A DNA stretch of 64,000 nucleotides from a virus. The notes below the pieces were generated by a model, which saw only the letters and a list, made by a program, of their open reading frames with translations, was not told the origin of the DNA and ran no database searches. Shown here piece after piece: positions 29,172 to 39,918 of the stretch. The stretch's first letter is position 1, and each line of letters begins with the position of its first letter. The stretch spans positions 1-64,000 of the IMG/VR virus record IMGVR_UViG_3300042261_000652. One strand, given 5' to 3'. A program made the translations under genes and the position numbers.

Positions 29172-31145
29172 ATGGCGAATAAGCGTGTTTCCGAATTAGT
29201 TGAAATTACGGCCCAACAGTTGGCCGCAGACGATCTTTTGCTTTTAGCAGATGTTACGGCCCAAGAATCTAAAAAATTAAAGATGGCCGAGCTTAATGCG
29301 TTTATGCTTGCAACGAGCAATTCGGGGTCGTTTTATGGCACGGCAAGTTGGGCACAATATGCCGTATATGCGCTTTCTGCACCAACTCCAGTCTCAGTTT
29401 CGTATGCAGCAACTTCCACAAATACTGTAAATGCCGAAAATTCCACATTTGCAACTTCTGCGAGTTTTGCGTCAGCTTCAATAACCACATCATATGCGAT
29501 AACTGCATCATATGCACATACTTCGTCTGTATTATTGATCTATTCTGCTGCATTCTCCGATTATGCAAAAACGGCTTCCTATCTTCTTTATACAGGAATC
29601 CCAAATGGAACGTCTTCATTTTCACTAACTAGTTCACTTACTCGTGGAACGGCATCATATGCGCTTTCGGCGCTTACAACAATGGGGACGGCATCTTATA
29701 GTAACACCGCATCATTTGCTCTGTTTTCTTTATATACTCTTAATACGGGAAGTGCAATAAGTAGTGTTTTATATGCATTAAGCGCATCGTGGGCCTCCGC
29801 ATCGGTGCAAGCATCCATCGCCACACAATCGTTATCATCGTCATATATTAATTATAGTGGTATACCTAATGGTACGGCATCATATGCCTTGGTTGCGGGT
29901 CAATATCCATCCGCCAGAGTCAATTATGGAGTGTATTCGGCAATAACTCAATCTTCATTTTGTGCTCAATTAGACAGAGTGAATATTACTGCTCCAATTG
30001 GAGGCATATCATCCAGCTTTGAAGCCGTTGGATCGGTCATCATTCCATTTACTAGCTCAGTTTATGCTACGTGTTCTATAGAACTCATTGCATTGGATAG
30101 GTGGACGGGTATTACATCATCTTTAGATCGAGCTCCATTAAATGTATCTTTACAGCCTATTGCTATCGATACGGGCTCTATTTTAGTTCCATTCTCTCTA
30201 ATGGGCGAGCATCCGCTATCAGGATCTATTATGGTATATGTTACTGCATCGGGGGGCGCTCGCATCGATCAAAATAGACCTGTAAAATTTGATATAACAA
30301 GCTTGGGACAGGGAGTTCAAGTTACCACATATGAAACTATGAGTTTGAGAGTAATTCAAAATATGGGATTACCTCCAACTTTTGCATATACGTCTAGCGG
30401 AGTACTCACATATGGCGTAGATTCGGATTGTTATGCTGCTCCCAATGTTACCGAAATCGACGTGTCCAATTTATCATTGTGGATAACAAAATATGTATGG
30501 TTGATGCCGGATTTAATTAAATTCAATGCATCTAACAATAGCTTCTTAGTGGATGTTGGAGGTATGCCATCGTCATTGATCTCAATGTCGGTTCAAAATT
30601 GTGCTATTTCTATGTTAGCACCATTAAATTACAATTCGGCATTGAAATATTTAGATTGTTCTTATAACAATATATCATCCTTACCATCTCTTCCGTCGGG
30701 ACTTTGGTATTTGAATTGTATGGGCAATAGTCAATTGACCCGGCTTCCTAGTTCTTTGCCATCAAGTTTGATATTCATGAATGCGAGCGAAACTTCTATT
30801 ACATCTGCTCCATTGTTTATGCCGAATACTCTTATTTCTATGTCGGTCGCTACAAATACGAGTCTCGTCGGATGGTCCACAGCATTTCCATCTTCGTTGG
30901 GAATGTTCGATTGTCATGGTACATCACTAACAACTCTCCCCGTATTGCCATATAGTTTAAGAAATTTGAATATTTCGGACTGTTTATTCAGTTCTGCACA
31001 AATCGAGTATATAACAACTCAGCTTGTAAATGGTGGATTAACCGGCGGATATCTTAATACTAGCGGCAATGGTGTAACATATACCAGTACAACTCTTACT
31101 AACTTCTCCACCCTTGGAACAAGGGGATGGGTTTGTGTAATATAA
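29172..31145 (+). CDS. tail fibre protein with a C-terminal leucine-rich-repeat domain (bacterial LPxLPxxL type)
   Basis: N-terminal anchor motif MANKRVSELVEITAQQLAADDLLLLADVTAQESKKLKMAEL. C-terminal LRRs: LKYLDCSYNNISSLPSLPSGLWYLNCMGNSQLTRLPSSLPSSLIFMNAS...LTTLPVLPYSLRNLNISDC. Confidence 0.7.
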   Translation: MANKRVSELVEITAQQLAADDLLLLADVTAQESKKLKMAELNAFMLATSNSGSFYGTASWAQYAVYALSAPTPVSVSYAATSTNTVNAENSTFATSASFASASITTSYAITASYAHTSSVLLIYSAAFSDYAKTASYLLYTGIPNGTSSFSLTSSLTRGTASYALSALTTMGTASYSNTASFALFSLYTLNTGSAISSVLYALSASWASASVQASIATQSLSSSYINYSGIPNGTASYALVAGQYPSARVNYGVYSAITQSSFCAQLDRVNITAPIGGISSSFEAVGSVIIPFTSSVYATCSIELIALDRWTGITSSLDRAPLNVSLQPIAIDTGSILVPFSLMGEHPLSGSIMVYVTASGGARIDQNRPVKFDITSLGQGVQVTTYETMSLRVIQNMGLPPTFAYTSSGVLTYGVDSDCYAAPNVTEIDVSNLSLWITKYVWLMPDLIKFNASNNSFLVDVGGMPSSLISMSVQNCAISMLAPLNYNSALKYLDCSYNNISSLPSLPSGLWYLNCMGNSQLTRLPSSLPSSLIFMNASETSITSAPLFMPNTLISMSVATNTSLVGWSTAFPSSLGMFDCHGTSLTTLPVLPYSLRNLNISDCLFSSAQIEYITTQLVNGGLTGGYLNTSGNGVTYTSTTLTNFSTLGTRGWVCVI

Positions 31146-31155
31146 GGATTTAATT

Positions 31156-34100
31156 ATGGCAGTGAATATTAAAATTAGTGAACTAGATCCGTTTCCATCA
31201 GCTTCGCATCCAATTGCGTTCCCCGACTTTTTTCCGCTTGTAAATAGCAGTTCGATGACGACATACAGGGCGACTGTTGGAGATATTAACTATACTATTG
31301 GCTCGACGTTGCTTAACTACATAAATAATGGCGCAGTTTCGTCGTCTATGTATTCGGTGAGCGCATCATTTGCATCACAATCTATTTCAGCTTCTTATGC
31401 GGATGTTGCCGAAAATGTTAATATTCATGGGGGACTTCACTATTTTCCGGCGTGGAATACTAATTATACGGCGGGGACGAATGGCGCACTTTCTCAGACC
31501 ACCCAGCTTTATGAATCTGTAAGTTTAGCTCATAACAATACATCGTGTGATGTGATTGTTATCGATCCATCATATTCGGCCCAATCATCACTCATTCCAA
31601 ATCCTACAAGTCGGCCCGATTATATTCTTAATGGCTTTTGGAATTATAGGCAAAATTTCGATGGCGGCAGTCCATATCATACCGCAAGTGGAATCTTCAC
31701 CGCTAGACCAATTGTTTCTGCATATGGGTGTATGACCGACCAATCCAGATGGACATTTGTAACTGGCAGTTATCCCGTCGATGTAATGACATATCCACAA
31801 GATGCTTCGCTTCTTACAAGCCCGAATATACAAAGTTATTATTGGTCTGGAAGTTCAAATGCAGCAGTAACTCCGAACAATGGCTTTTATGCAATAGGAC
31901 ATGGGGTCGGGGCATTAAAGGGGGCATTCAACGGAAAGTGGGTTCGCCTCTCCAGTTATAGTATTAGAGACGATTTTAGTGGAACTTCGCCCGATACTTA
32001 TCTCATTTCTAGTGGGTCTTCTTATGGTGAACAAATGCACGTTCGTGTTCATAATGGACTTTTCGGGCGTGTTAGAATTTCTCTTACAACGACTGTATAT
32101 GGCGGTGGAAGTAATACTCATCAAGTTGTCGATATGCATATTCACAACGGTATGCTCGGCGGTGGTATAACTGCACAAGTTTTTCACGCTAGTACCAGAT
32201 ATGGATATGATCATATCCGAAAACTTCGCCTATCAACATGGACGCCACGCTCTAATGTAGAAGCAAACCGAATATATAATGATCCGATGTATGCGTTGGA
32301 TATATTTGTAGATGATTTAACTGACAATGATCATTTCTGTTCAATAAGATGTGAATCGTGGGGAAATGTGCGATTTTTGGAACAGCCAAATATTGATCCA
32401 CCTCCGTTATATGACACTGGAAGTGCGGAGCTCACCTCCAATGGATATTTTGATCCTAAAACCGCATCATATTTAATTTTTCCTGCGGCTCCTGGATATT
32501 ATTCTACTAATGGAGATCGTCAAGAGCAAAATCAGGGCGAAGGACTTCAACCGTACATGTTTCAAGGAAAAAAGATTCAGATTGATCCGAATCGCAACAT
32601 GATTACTGAAAGTGCTTGGTCATTGGAACCAACACTAAATTATAAGCCGTATTCATTGTGGGTGAGTGGATCAATTTCTACACATAAGTATTGGGCAGAA
32701 GATGATGGCGGGCAAAGTGGGCAAATCATTGGATATGATCCCGTACTAAATGACTGGAAACAATGGACATGTAAAGGGGGTATTCTTACTTATTCAGGGT
32801 CGGCTACAATAACTCCCAGCGCATTGGTGCCAAAAGACACCGTTGCTGTAGGTACTATTATGGCTTATGGTGGAGCGACGGTTCCGCAAAATTGGCTAGA
32901 ATGTGACGGGGCTATTCTTGCAACCTCGTCGTATTGGGAATTACATCGGGCAATATTATCTACTGATACAGAGGCAGCATTTGGATATACGTGCGATGCG
33001 GGGGGAACTAGAAATGCGGGGGGGCATTATTTTAAACTTCCCGATTTGCGTGGTGAATTTGTAAGAGGATGGGCTCATAATCGTGATGTTGATACGGGAC
33101 GTGTGCGCTCGAGTCATCAGGATGTAAGTGTTGGAGATCACTATCACGGCGTTGGAAATTTGCAAGAAAATGATAATTCCAATGCATTGTTTATTAATAG
33201 AAATTGGAATGATGGAGCCACGTATACCGGGCTCAGAATAATAGGATATACGTATGACGGCCCATTGACCGTGCCGAATTCGGCATCTGCTTTAGCAACG
33301 TCTAACCCAATAGCTACTAGCAACGGCGATACTCGTCCAAGAAATATTGCTGCAATGTATATTATAAAATATACTGGGGCGATTGATTTTGCGACCGATG
33401 CGACAACATTGGCTGGCGATTGTACTGGAAACGCCGCATCCAATACTGTAGAGAAGATTAGAGGGGTTGCGGTCGATACGACTGCCCCAAGTGATGGTCA
33501 GGTTTTGACATATGATTCGGGAGTGGGAAAATGGACGCCGTCCGATATTCCAACACCAACTACAACGCTTCCGGGCAAATCTTGGATAATGACTGACCCG
33601 AATGGATTTTTTGGCAGTGTGGCGGGAGATCCGATATATGTTGCTACATACAATTCTAATGCAGCGAGAGTTAATATTGCTCAACTCACAATGGCAACGA
33701 ACGCAATTAAGCCGTGTATTACTGCATCTCACAGGGATCATTCCGATTACTATTCATATCAAATGGCGGGAAGATTATTTAATACTAAAAATGTTCCTGC
33801 GGTGACTGGTTCTGTTTATCGCTCATTTGCGTGGGCCGGCCAAGGATGTTTTGAATTTATCCCAAATGCTGGGAGTTTAAAGGATTCGTATGGAAAAATT
33901 GTATTAGGTACGCCCGGCGCATATGGTATAACTGTTGTTTCTTGTAGTTATGATTCGAGCTGGGGATCTCAGCCACGCCTTTATACATTCAGAGGTTCTA
34001 CAGATTATGGTTGTCAATATCCGAATTTCGGATGGTCGAGATATACGTGGAACGGTGCGAGTTCTTATATACAGTCGGACTCTTCGCTCATTAATTTTAG

Positions 34101-34506
34101 AAATGTGAATAACAGCGAGGAATTTCTGAGATTTATGGACGACTATCCGTCCACAGTGGTTACGTCACAAGTTGTATGGTTATACGACTACAATTATATC
34201 AAGAAACGGTTTTATGTAATAATGAATGGCACGGGATTCTTACATACATTCTTATGGACTGGAGCAAGTGATCCTTTCCAAGGGGTGTGGGATTCTTCTA
34301 ACATTACATATGAAACATCTATGGCGATTCCGTCGGTCAATTCCTCATTCTTTTATTTAAATAGTGGCGCTCATCCTTGGGAGCGAATGATTGTAGATTA
34401 TCATCCCGATACAGGAGTAGAGCGAGGACTCGTATATTGGTGTCGGCAAAATGCAACATATATGGGCGTATTCAATTATGTATATTGGCCATTATCGCTT
34501 CCCTAA
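31156..34506 (+). CDS. tail fibre protein with a phage tail-collar domain
   Basis: N-terminal MAVNIKISELDP anchor motif. Collar-domain motif WLECDGAILATSSYWELHRAIL...GGHYFKLPDLRGEFVRGW (LxCDGxx...xxLPDLRGxF). Confidence 0.75.
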   Translation: MAVNIKISELDPFPSASHPIAFPDFFPLVNSSSMTTYRATVGDINYTIGSTLLNYINNGAVSSSMYSVSASFASQSISASYADVAENVNIHGGLHYFPAWNTNYTAGTNGALSQTTQLYESVSLAHNNTSCDVIVIDPSYSAQSSLIPNPTSRPDYILNGFWNYRQNFDGGSPYHTASGIFTARPIVSAYGCMTDQSRWTFVTGSYPVDVMTYPQDASLLTSPNIQSYYWSGSSNAAVTPNNGFYAIGHGVGALKGAFNGKWVRLSSYSIRDDFSGTSPDTYLISSGSSYGEQMHVRVHNGLFGRVRISLTTTVYGGGSNTHQVVDMHIHNGMLGGGITAQVFHASTRYGYDHIRKLRLSTWTPRSNVEANRIYNDPMYALDIFVDDLTDNDHFCSIRCESWGNVRFLEQPNIDPPPLYDTGSAELTSNGYFDPKTASYLIFPAAPGYYSTNGDRQEQNQGEGLQPYMFQGKKIQIDPNRNMITESAWSLEPTLNYKPYSLWVSGSISTHKYWAEDDGGQSGQIIGYDPVLNDWKQWTCKGGILTYSGSATITPSALVPKDTVAVGTIMAYGGATVPQNWLECDGAILATSSYWELHRAILSTDTEAAFGYTCDAGGTRNAGGHYFKLPDLRGEFVRGWAHNRDVDTGRVRSSHQDVSVGDHYHGVGNLQENDNSNALFINRNWNDGATYTGLRIIGYTYDGPLTVPNSASALATSNPIATSNGDTRPRNIAAMYIIKYTGAIDFATDATTLAGDCTGNAASNTVEKIRGVAVDTTAPSDGQVLTYDSGVGKWTPSDIPTPTTTLPGKSWIMTDPNGFFGSVAGDPIYVATYNSNAARVNIAQLTMATNAIKPCITASHRDHSDYYSYQMAGRLFNTKNVPAVTGSVYRSFAWAGQGCFEFIPNAGSLKDSYGKIVLGTPGAYGITVVSCSYDSSWGSQPRLYTFRGSTDYGCQYPNFGWSRYTWNGASSYIQSDSSLINFRNVNNSEEFLRFMDDYPSTVVTSQVVWLYDYNYIKKRFYVIMNGTGFLHTFLWTGASDPFQGVWDSSNITYETSMAIPSVNSSFFYLNSGAHPWERMIVDYHPDTGVERGLVYWCRQNATYMGVFNYVYWPLSLP

Positions 34507-34512
34507 TGATAT

Positions 34513-35499
34513 ATGAAAGATTATTTGATGGACAAGTTTATTCGGTTTGATAAACTGCTCGGAATTACGGCTATCATCATTGCATTGGTAGCTGCGTTCT
34601 TTTCAGTATATGGTATTGCTACTCTTTTTGCGGGCGCATTTGTTTTAACTGCGATTATGGCATCTGCATTAGAAGTGGGCAAACTTGTTGCAGTAACGTT
34701 TCTGTACAGATATTGGAAAAGCACGCAGGGATTTTTAAAAATTTATCTAAGCACTGCAACGGTGGTATTGATGCTTATAACTTCCCTCGGAATTTTTGGA
34801 TATCTGGCAGCAGCATATCAGAAATCGTCGATGGAATTTAATGCAACTCAGGAAAAGATTGCAACAATAGAAGAGCAAAAGGGTTATTTTCAAGATAAGA
34901 TTGCTCAATCTAAATTACGCATAAAAACTCTCAACGATATGCGGCGGATGCAAGAAAGTCGTATGAGCGAAACTCTTACGAATGTGTTCTTAATCCGCAA
35001 TCCGATTCAATTGAAACAAATGCAAGACCAAACCGCTGAGCTTATTAAATCGGCAGATGCCGATATTAAACAAGAGACCTCCGCAATTAAATCGGCCACG
35101 GACGAAATTTCTAAGGTTAATCAGCAAGTAAATGAAATGAAATTCGCATCTACGAGTAAAAAGGATATTCGTACATTTCAATTTATAGCCGATCAATTTG
35201 GGATGACTCTGGATAAAGTTGCCAAGTGGTTTATATTTACTATTATTTTTGTGTTTGATCCATTGGCAATTGCATTAATTCTTGCTTATAATATAGCTAC
35301 TTATAAAAAGGAGCAAATAGAAGTTCCGCAACCTATTACTCCCACCCCTCCACATAAAGCGGCTGAAGATGTAGAACTTCCTATATTAAATGGTCCGAGC
35401 GATTCGAGTGATAAACCCGCCGTCGTTGCTCCTACAGGTATATCTACACATATCTATCACGATCCGCACGGGTCAACTCCAAGGCCAAGTTGGTTGTGA
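34513..35499 (+). CDS. membrane protein with central coiled coil (3 N-terminal TM + 1 C-terminal TM)
   Basis: Hydrophobic helices at the N-terminus and FIFTIIFVFDPLAIALILAY near the C-terminus. Long Q/K-rich coiled-coil segment. Confidence 0.45.
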   Translation: MKDYLMDKFIRFDKLLGITAIIIALVAAFFSVYGIATLFAGAFVLTAIMASALEVGKLVAVTFLYRYWKSTQGFLKIYLSTATVVLMLITSLGIFGYLAAAYQKSSMEFNATQEKIATIEEQKGYFQDKIAQSKLRIKTLNDMRRMQESRMSETLTNVFLIRNPIQLKQMQDQTAELIKSADADIKQETSAIKSATDEISKVNQQVNEMKFASTSKKDIRTFQFIADQFGMTLDKVAKWFIFTIIFVFDPLAIALILAYNIATYKKEQIEVPQPITPTPPHKAAEDVELPILNGPSDSSDKPAVVAPTGISTHIYHDPHGSTPRPSWL

Positions 35500-35781
35500 T
35501 TGTTTTAGTAAATGAATATAATAAGTTGACAATTCGTTCATATTAGGATATCTTTATTTTAACAAAAGTGAAAAAAAGTCTTTGCTTTCATTGAAAAGTT
35601 AATATGTATGTGTCGGTCGTAGTAATAAATAAAGACTTATGGATCAATCCGACATAACATACATAATTGAACTTCTCAATGATTCCATTTCGGAAAAGGA
35701 TTGGGATAAAGTTGATGAAGCTCGTGAGACGCTAAAAGAATTTTTAGATTCCGACGACTTCATGGAAGAAGAATAGAACAC

Positions 35782-36072
35782 ATGATTATATTTCTTTTGA
35801 TTACGGGTCTAATTATCTCTATTGGATGTAATATCGCTTTGGTTATTTTGGTTAAAAATCTCCTTTTAAAACTAGGTGTATATGAAGATTGGATATTAGA
35901 TACGCAGACTGATGTAATAAATACGCTTGAACAGATGCGTGCGATTGATCGGCAAGGGACATTTGCTACATCATTAAATGATAAAGGAGTTTTTGAATCG
36001 GATGATCAGGTTGGTGGAATTTTCAAGGAATTGATGGCTCTAGTCGAGAAATTAGAACAAAAAATTCAATGA
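35782..36072 (+). CDS. small membrane protein
   Basis: MIIFLLITGLIISIGCNIALVILV TM helix; 96 aa. Confidence 0.4.
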   Translation: MIIFLLITGLIISIGCNIALVILVKNLLLKLGVYEDWILDTQTDVINTLEQMRAIDRQGTFATSLNDKGVFESDDQVGGIFKELMALVEKLEQKIQ

Positions 36073-37007
36073 AAATTAAACAAAAAGTTACACGTAAATT
36101 ACAAACAGTTAAGAGGCGGTACAACAAAAAGCGAGTCAACGCAGGGCGTAAGCCGAGGAAAATAAAGATCGAGGCGCAAATCCTCCCGGCCCCATCGCCA
36201 AAGCCTCCCGCTAATGTTAAACCGCAGGAAGTTACAGTCGAAACTTCTCCAACATCTACAAAAAAACGCCGCCGAGGTAAAAACAATTCTCGCATGTATT
36301 TTACTCAGGAAACCGAGGATGCCATAGTGGCATATAATCAATGCGAAGATCAAACCATCCGTGAGAAAATCTTTAGTGATAAGATATTATATCCGCTTCA
36401 GAAATTAGTGGAGAATGTCTTTAATACTTTCAAGTTCTCTTATTTCGAGACTGGACCTCAAGATGTTCAGAAAGAATGCCTCACACATCTTGTCGCAAAT
36501 ATGCGCAAATTTGATCCATCTCGTTTAAGTAAGACCGACCCGAAAAAGAAAACTAAAGCATATTCCTATTTTTCTATTATTGCAAAGCATTATCTTATCC
36601 TTCTCAACAATACGAATTATAAGAAATTCAATCAAAATGTTGAAATTAGTGATGATAAAGATGAACATACCATTCAACTTCAAGCACACGATAAATACCA
36701 CGATCAAGCTGAAATGGCGGATTTTATTAAGCTAATTGTAGAATTTTGGGAAAAAAATGCCGATAAGATCTTTACGAAGCAGCGGGATTTAAATATAGCA
36801 AATGCGGTGGTGGAATTATTCCGCAATTCGGATAGAATAGATGCGTTCAATAAAAAAGCTCTTTATTTATATATTAGAGAAATGGCCATGTGTAAAACTC
36901 AGCAAATTACCAAAGTTATTAATAAAATGAAGCAGTACCATGATAATATCCAAAAATCCTATATAGAAACCGGAGTTATTAATACTGAGCGTCACGCAAT
37001 CGCATAA
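36069..37007 (+). CDS. putative phage sigma-factor-like protein (sigma70 region 2/4-like) with a basic N-terminal extension
   Basis: IREKIFSDKILYPLQKLVENV and KAYSYFSIIAKHYLIL resemble sigma region 2.1-2.4 and T4 gp55 KYSYF. C-terminal HTH-like ALYLYIREMAMCKTQQITKVINK. Confidence 0.35.
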   Translation: MKIKQKVTRKLQTVKRRYNKKRVNAGRKPRKIKIEAQILPAPSPKPPANVKPQEVTVETSPTSTKKRRRGKNNSRMYFTQETEDAIVAYNQCEDQTIREKIFSDKILYPLQKLVENVFNTFKFSYFETGPQDVQKECLTHLVANMRKFDPSRLSKTDPKKKTKAYSYFSIIAKHYLILLNNTNYKKFNQNVEISDDKDEHTIQLQAHDKYHDQAEMADFIKLIVEFWEKNADKIFTKQRDLNIANAVVELFRNSDRIDAFNKKALYLYIREMAMCKTQQITKVINKMKQYHDNIQKSYIETGVINTERHAIA

Positions 37008-37183
37008 GTAATATACGTTACTTATTTTCAAAGAAATAAAATTTAAATTACCATAAATAGGTATGTCGCCTATTTATGTACATATGAAGATAACCGGAAT
37101 TTACTATATAACTAACCTTTCACGGGGGGTAAGATGCATTATACGAGGAAGACGAGAATCTTATAAAGGATGGGAGGTTTGTT

Positions 37184-37573
37184 ATGCCGTCTAATTTTGA
37201 TTTTGAAGTTTGTGATGGATCAACTTTTCGTGATCTTTGTAAAGATATAATTGATAGAAGTGCCGCAAAAAAATGTCAACTTGACACCTTAATTTCAGAT
37301 GTTCGCAGTCAAATTAAACAGGCCAACGATCTACAAGTATTTATTCCACGTATTAAAGAACTTCTTGAAATTGGTGTAAAAAATGACGAACAACTCATTA
37401 AATTAGCCGCAGTTCTTCAACGTTTGGAATCTACGCAAATAGAAGCAACGGGAGGGGATTCTACTGGATTAAGCGATGATGAGAAGGAACAGCTTATGCA
37501 AGCAAAATTGCGTGAGCTTGAAAATCTCAAGAATATCAAAAAAGACGTGGACGTTTCAATTTTTAACCATTAA
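37184..37573 (+). CDS. hypothetical coiled-coil protein
   Basis: 129-aa ORF. Confidence 0.4.
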   Translation: MPSNFDFEVCDGSTFRDLCKDIIDRSAAKKCQLDTLISDVRSQIKQANDLQVFIPRIKELLEIGVKNDEQLIKLAAVLQRLESTQIEATGGDSTGLSDDEKEQLMQAKLRELENLKNIKKDVDVSIFNH

Positions 37574-37579
37574 TTATAT

Positions 37580-39160
37580 ATGTCTTATTGGAAAGATGCA
37601 CCAAAAAATACACGGACGTTAGATAGTTTTGGATTGTCTACAAATCATTCTGGGGGTGCCGTGTCTCCCCGTGAATTTTATGAAATGGAACAGGGCATTG
37701 TGCTTGACATAGTCCTAGATGAAACGCATCCCATTATTACTAATGGAGAATCCGGCCATACAAAAATTGACTCGGACAGGTGGCCCGAAGATTTTGCGGG
37801 AAATCCTCCACTGAGAACCGATGTGGATTATACGTGGATCGGAAGAGCTCTCGTTCGACCGCTTAATTCTGAAAAGGTTACCAATAAAGATCAGTTAATA
37901 TGGGCATATCCAATAGAAGCTAATATTTCTGAATATCCTCTCATTAATGAAACGGTTGTATTAAGTCGTTACGGGGGTAAGCTATATTATATGCGAAAGC
38001 TCAATTATCATAATTGGCCAAATAATAATTTGGATTTCGCAATTGAGGGACAGACTTCCGGACGTTCTAATAATGTTTTATTTAGCGATGCTCCACTGAC
38101 AGGCAATATGGAGTCCAAAACAAATTGGAAAGGCGATTCGGGATTTCACGGATTTGCTGGTCAGTATTTTGTTGCAAATAATAAAATTCGTACTGTTAAA
38201 AGATGGGAGGGTGATTTAACAATTGAAAGTCGGCATGGACAAAATATCATTTTTAAGGCATTTGATAAAACTCGCAATAATGACGGCGGGGACGCAAAAT
38301 ATGAAGATTATAAGAATTGTGGTAATCCGATGATTATTATTCGAAATCGTCAGCGCCCACTTCTAAAAGAAAATCAAACATTAAAATTGCGGCATAGTCC
38401 AAATCCTGCCACGGTTTCTGGCACTAAACACGAAAAGAATGTCGGGGGATATCTTGAAGAAAATATTAACCACGATGGATCATCCATCTATATTACCAGT
38501 GGGCTGACTATTAGCGAGTGGGTGACAACGTGTTTTAAAAGGATGTGGCACGATGAAAAGGATGAGGAAGTTTCCAAATTTAGGGGAAATAGTACATTCA
38601 AATATCCAAAGTTAAATGGCGATCAGATTGTAATTAATAGCGATAGATTGATTTTTTCTTCCAGATATGATGAAACGTTTCATTATTCCAAAAAACGATA
38701 TGCGGTTGTTACAGACGATGAATATACGGTAGATGCTCATAAACAAATGGTATTTACTACTAATACGAAGACTGTGTTCAATTCTCCAGCAATTTATCTT
38801 GGACAATATGACGCAACCAATGAACCTGTATTGCTTGGACAAACCGCCGTCAATTGGTTGTATGAATTATGTAATTGGTTACTTGCACATACCCACTGGC
38901 ATCATCACTCGCACGAAGATGCGGGCAAAGAGTCTCCTGAGCAGACACAATTGCCCGTTCAGGTCCAACAATTGCTTGCTTTGAGAGATAGATTGCACAA
39001 ATTAATGAGTCGCCGTGTTTATGTTGTGGGTGGAGGACTTGAGCCCGGCCAAGACGGGGCAAGTATTCCTGAAGGACCCCCGCCGGTAAAAATTACGGTA
39101 TATGACGACGGTACAGGAGTACCTGGCGAATTTAAAGGAGAAAACTATCGTCCCAATTAA
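37580..39160 (+). CDS. structural protein (baseplate hub/spike region by position)
   Basis: 526 aa, immediately upstream of the gp25/W-like and J-like genes. Confidence 0.4.
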   Translation: MSYWKDAPKNTRTLDSFGLSTNHSGGAVSPREFYEMEQGIVLDIVLDETHPIITNGESGHTKIDSDRWPEDFAGNPPLRTDVDYTWIGRALVRPLNSEKVTNKDQLIWAYPIEANISEYPLINETVVLSRYGGKLYYMRKLNYHNWPNNNLDFAIEGQTSGRSNNVLFSDAPLTGNMESKTNWKGDSGFHGFAGQYFVANNKIRTVKRWEGDLTIESRHGQNIIFKAFDKTRNNDGGDAKYEDYKNCGNPMIIIRNRQRPLLKENQTLKLRHSPNPATVSGTKHEKNVGGYLEENINHDGSSIYITSGLTISEWVTTCFKRMWHDEKDEEVSKFRGNSTFKYPKLNGDQIVINSDRLIFSSRYDETFHYSKKRYAVVTDDEYTVDAHKQMVFTTNTKTVFNSPAIYLGQYDATNEPVLLGQTAVNWLYELCNWLLAHTHWHHHSHEDAGKESPEQTQLPVQVQQLLALRDRLHKLMSRRVYVVGGGLEPGQDGASIPEGPPPVKITVYDDGTGVPGEFKGENYRPN

Positions 39161-39193
39161 GATATTAAGCGGACGTATGCCATATTTATATAT

Positions 39194-39913
39194 ATGAAGA
39201 AATCAGAACTCATACAATTTACGCAAATAATTGAACATCTCGTTAGAAAGGAAGTGCGTAAGCAGCTTCCAAGCATTATAGCCGAGACCTTTCAAAATAT
39301 GATGGGTAATAAACAGGCCATAGTTGAACATATGAGTGCAACATCCAATTCGAGCGATGATAGTGGAGAGATGGCACGGCCATCTCAAAATATGGATGAT
39401 TTTAAATTATCCATGAAAGAGCTATTCGCAGGCATTGGTCCGCAAGAATCGGCTGTGTCTGATTTGACAACTCCACGATCACAGTCACCCAAACATTATA
39501 CAAATAATCCTGCGATTAATCAAATTTTGAATGAAACCGTTTCGGATTTAAGACAGCGAGACCGAATGGTGGGCGGGGCGGCGGCGTTTGGTGGATATTC
39601 ACCTTCGGTGGCTATAGCAGCATCAGCAATGCCCCAAGTATCTCTGACAGGAGTGGGAGAAATGGTTCCTGACAGTGAGTTGCCATCATTTTCCCGAATT
39701 CCGACTATGCCGGGAGCAAGTGTACCTATATCTAAACCCCCGCCCTTGATAGAGGGCCGTGAGAGTACGCACGCACCAATGGCCGAAATACCATCGGGAA
39801 TATCAGTATTAGACGTGGCTCGCCAAGTGCCGTTGGCAGCGCCCGTTGCACAAGCATTAACGAAGAATTATTCTGCTATGATGAAACTAGTAGATAGTAA
39901 GCGAAGGAGATAA
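39194..39913 (+). CDS. hypothetical protein (structural module)
   Basis: 239-aa ORF. Confidence 0.4.
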   Translation: MKKSELIQFTQIIEHLVRKEVRKQLPSIIAETFQNMMGNKQAIVEHMSATSNSSDDSGEMARPSQNMDDFKLSMKELFAGIGPQESAVSDLTTPRSQSPKHYTNNPAINQILNETVSDLRQRDRMVGGAAAFGGYSPSVAIAASAMPQVSLTGVGEMVPDSELPSFSRIPTMPGASVPISKPPPLIEGRESTHAPMAEIPSGISVLDVARQVPLAAPVAQALTKNYSAMMKLVDSKRRR

Positions 39914-39918
39914 TATAA

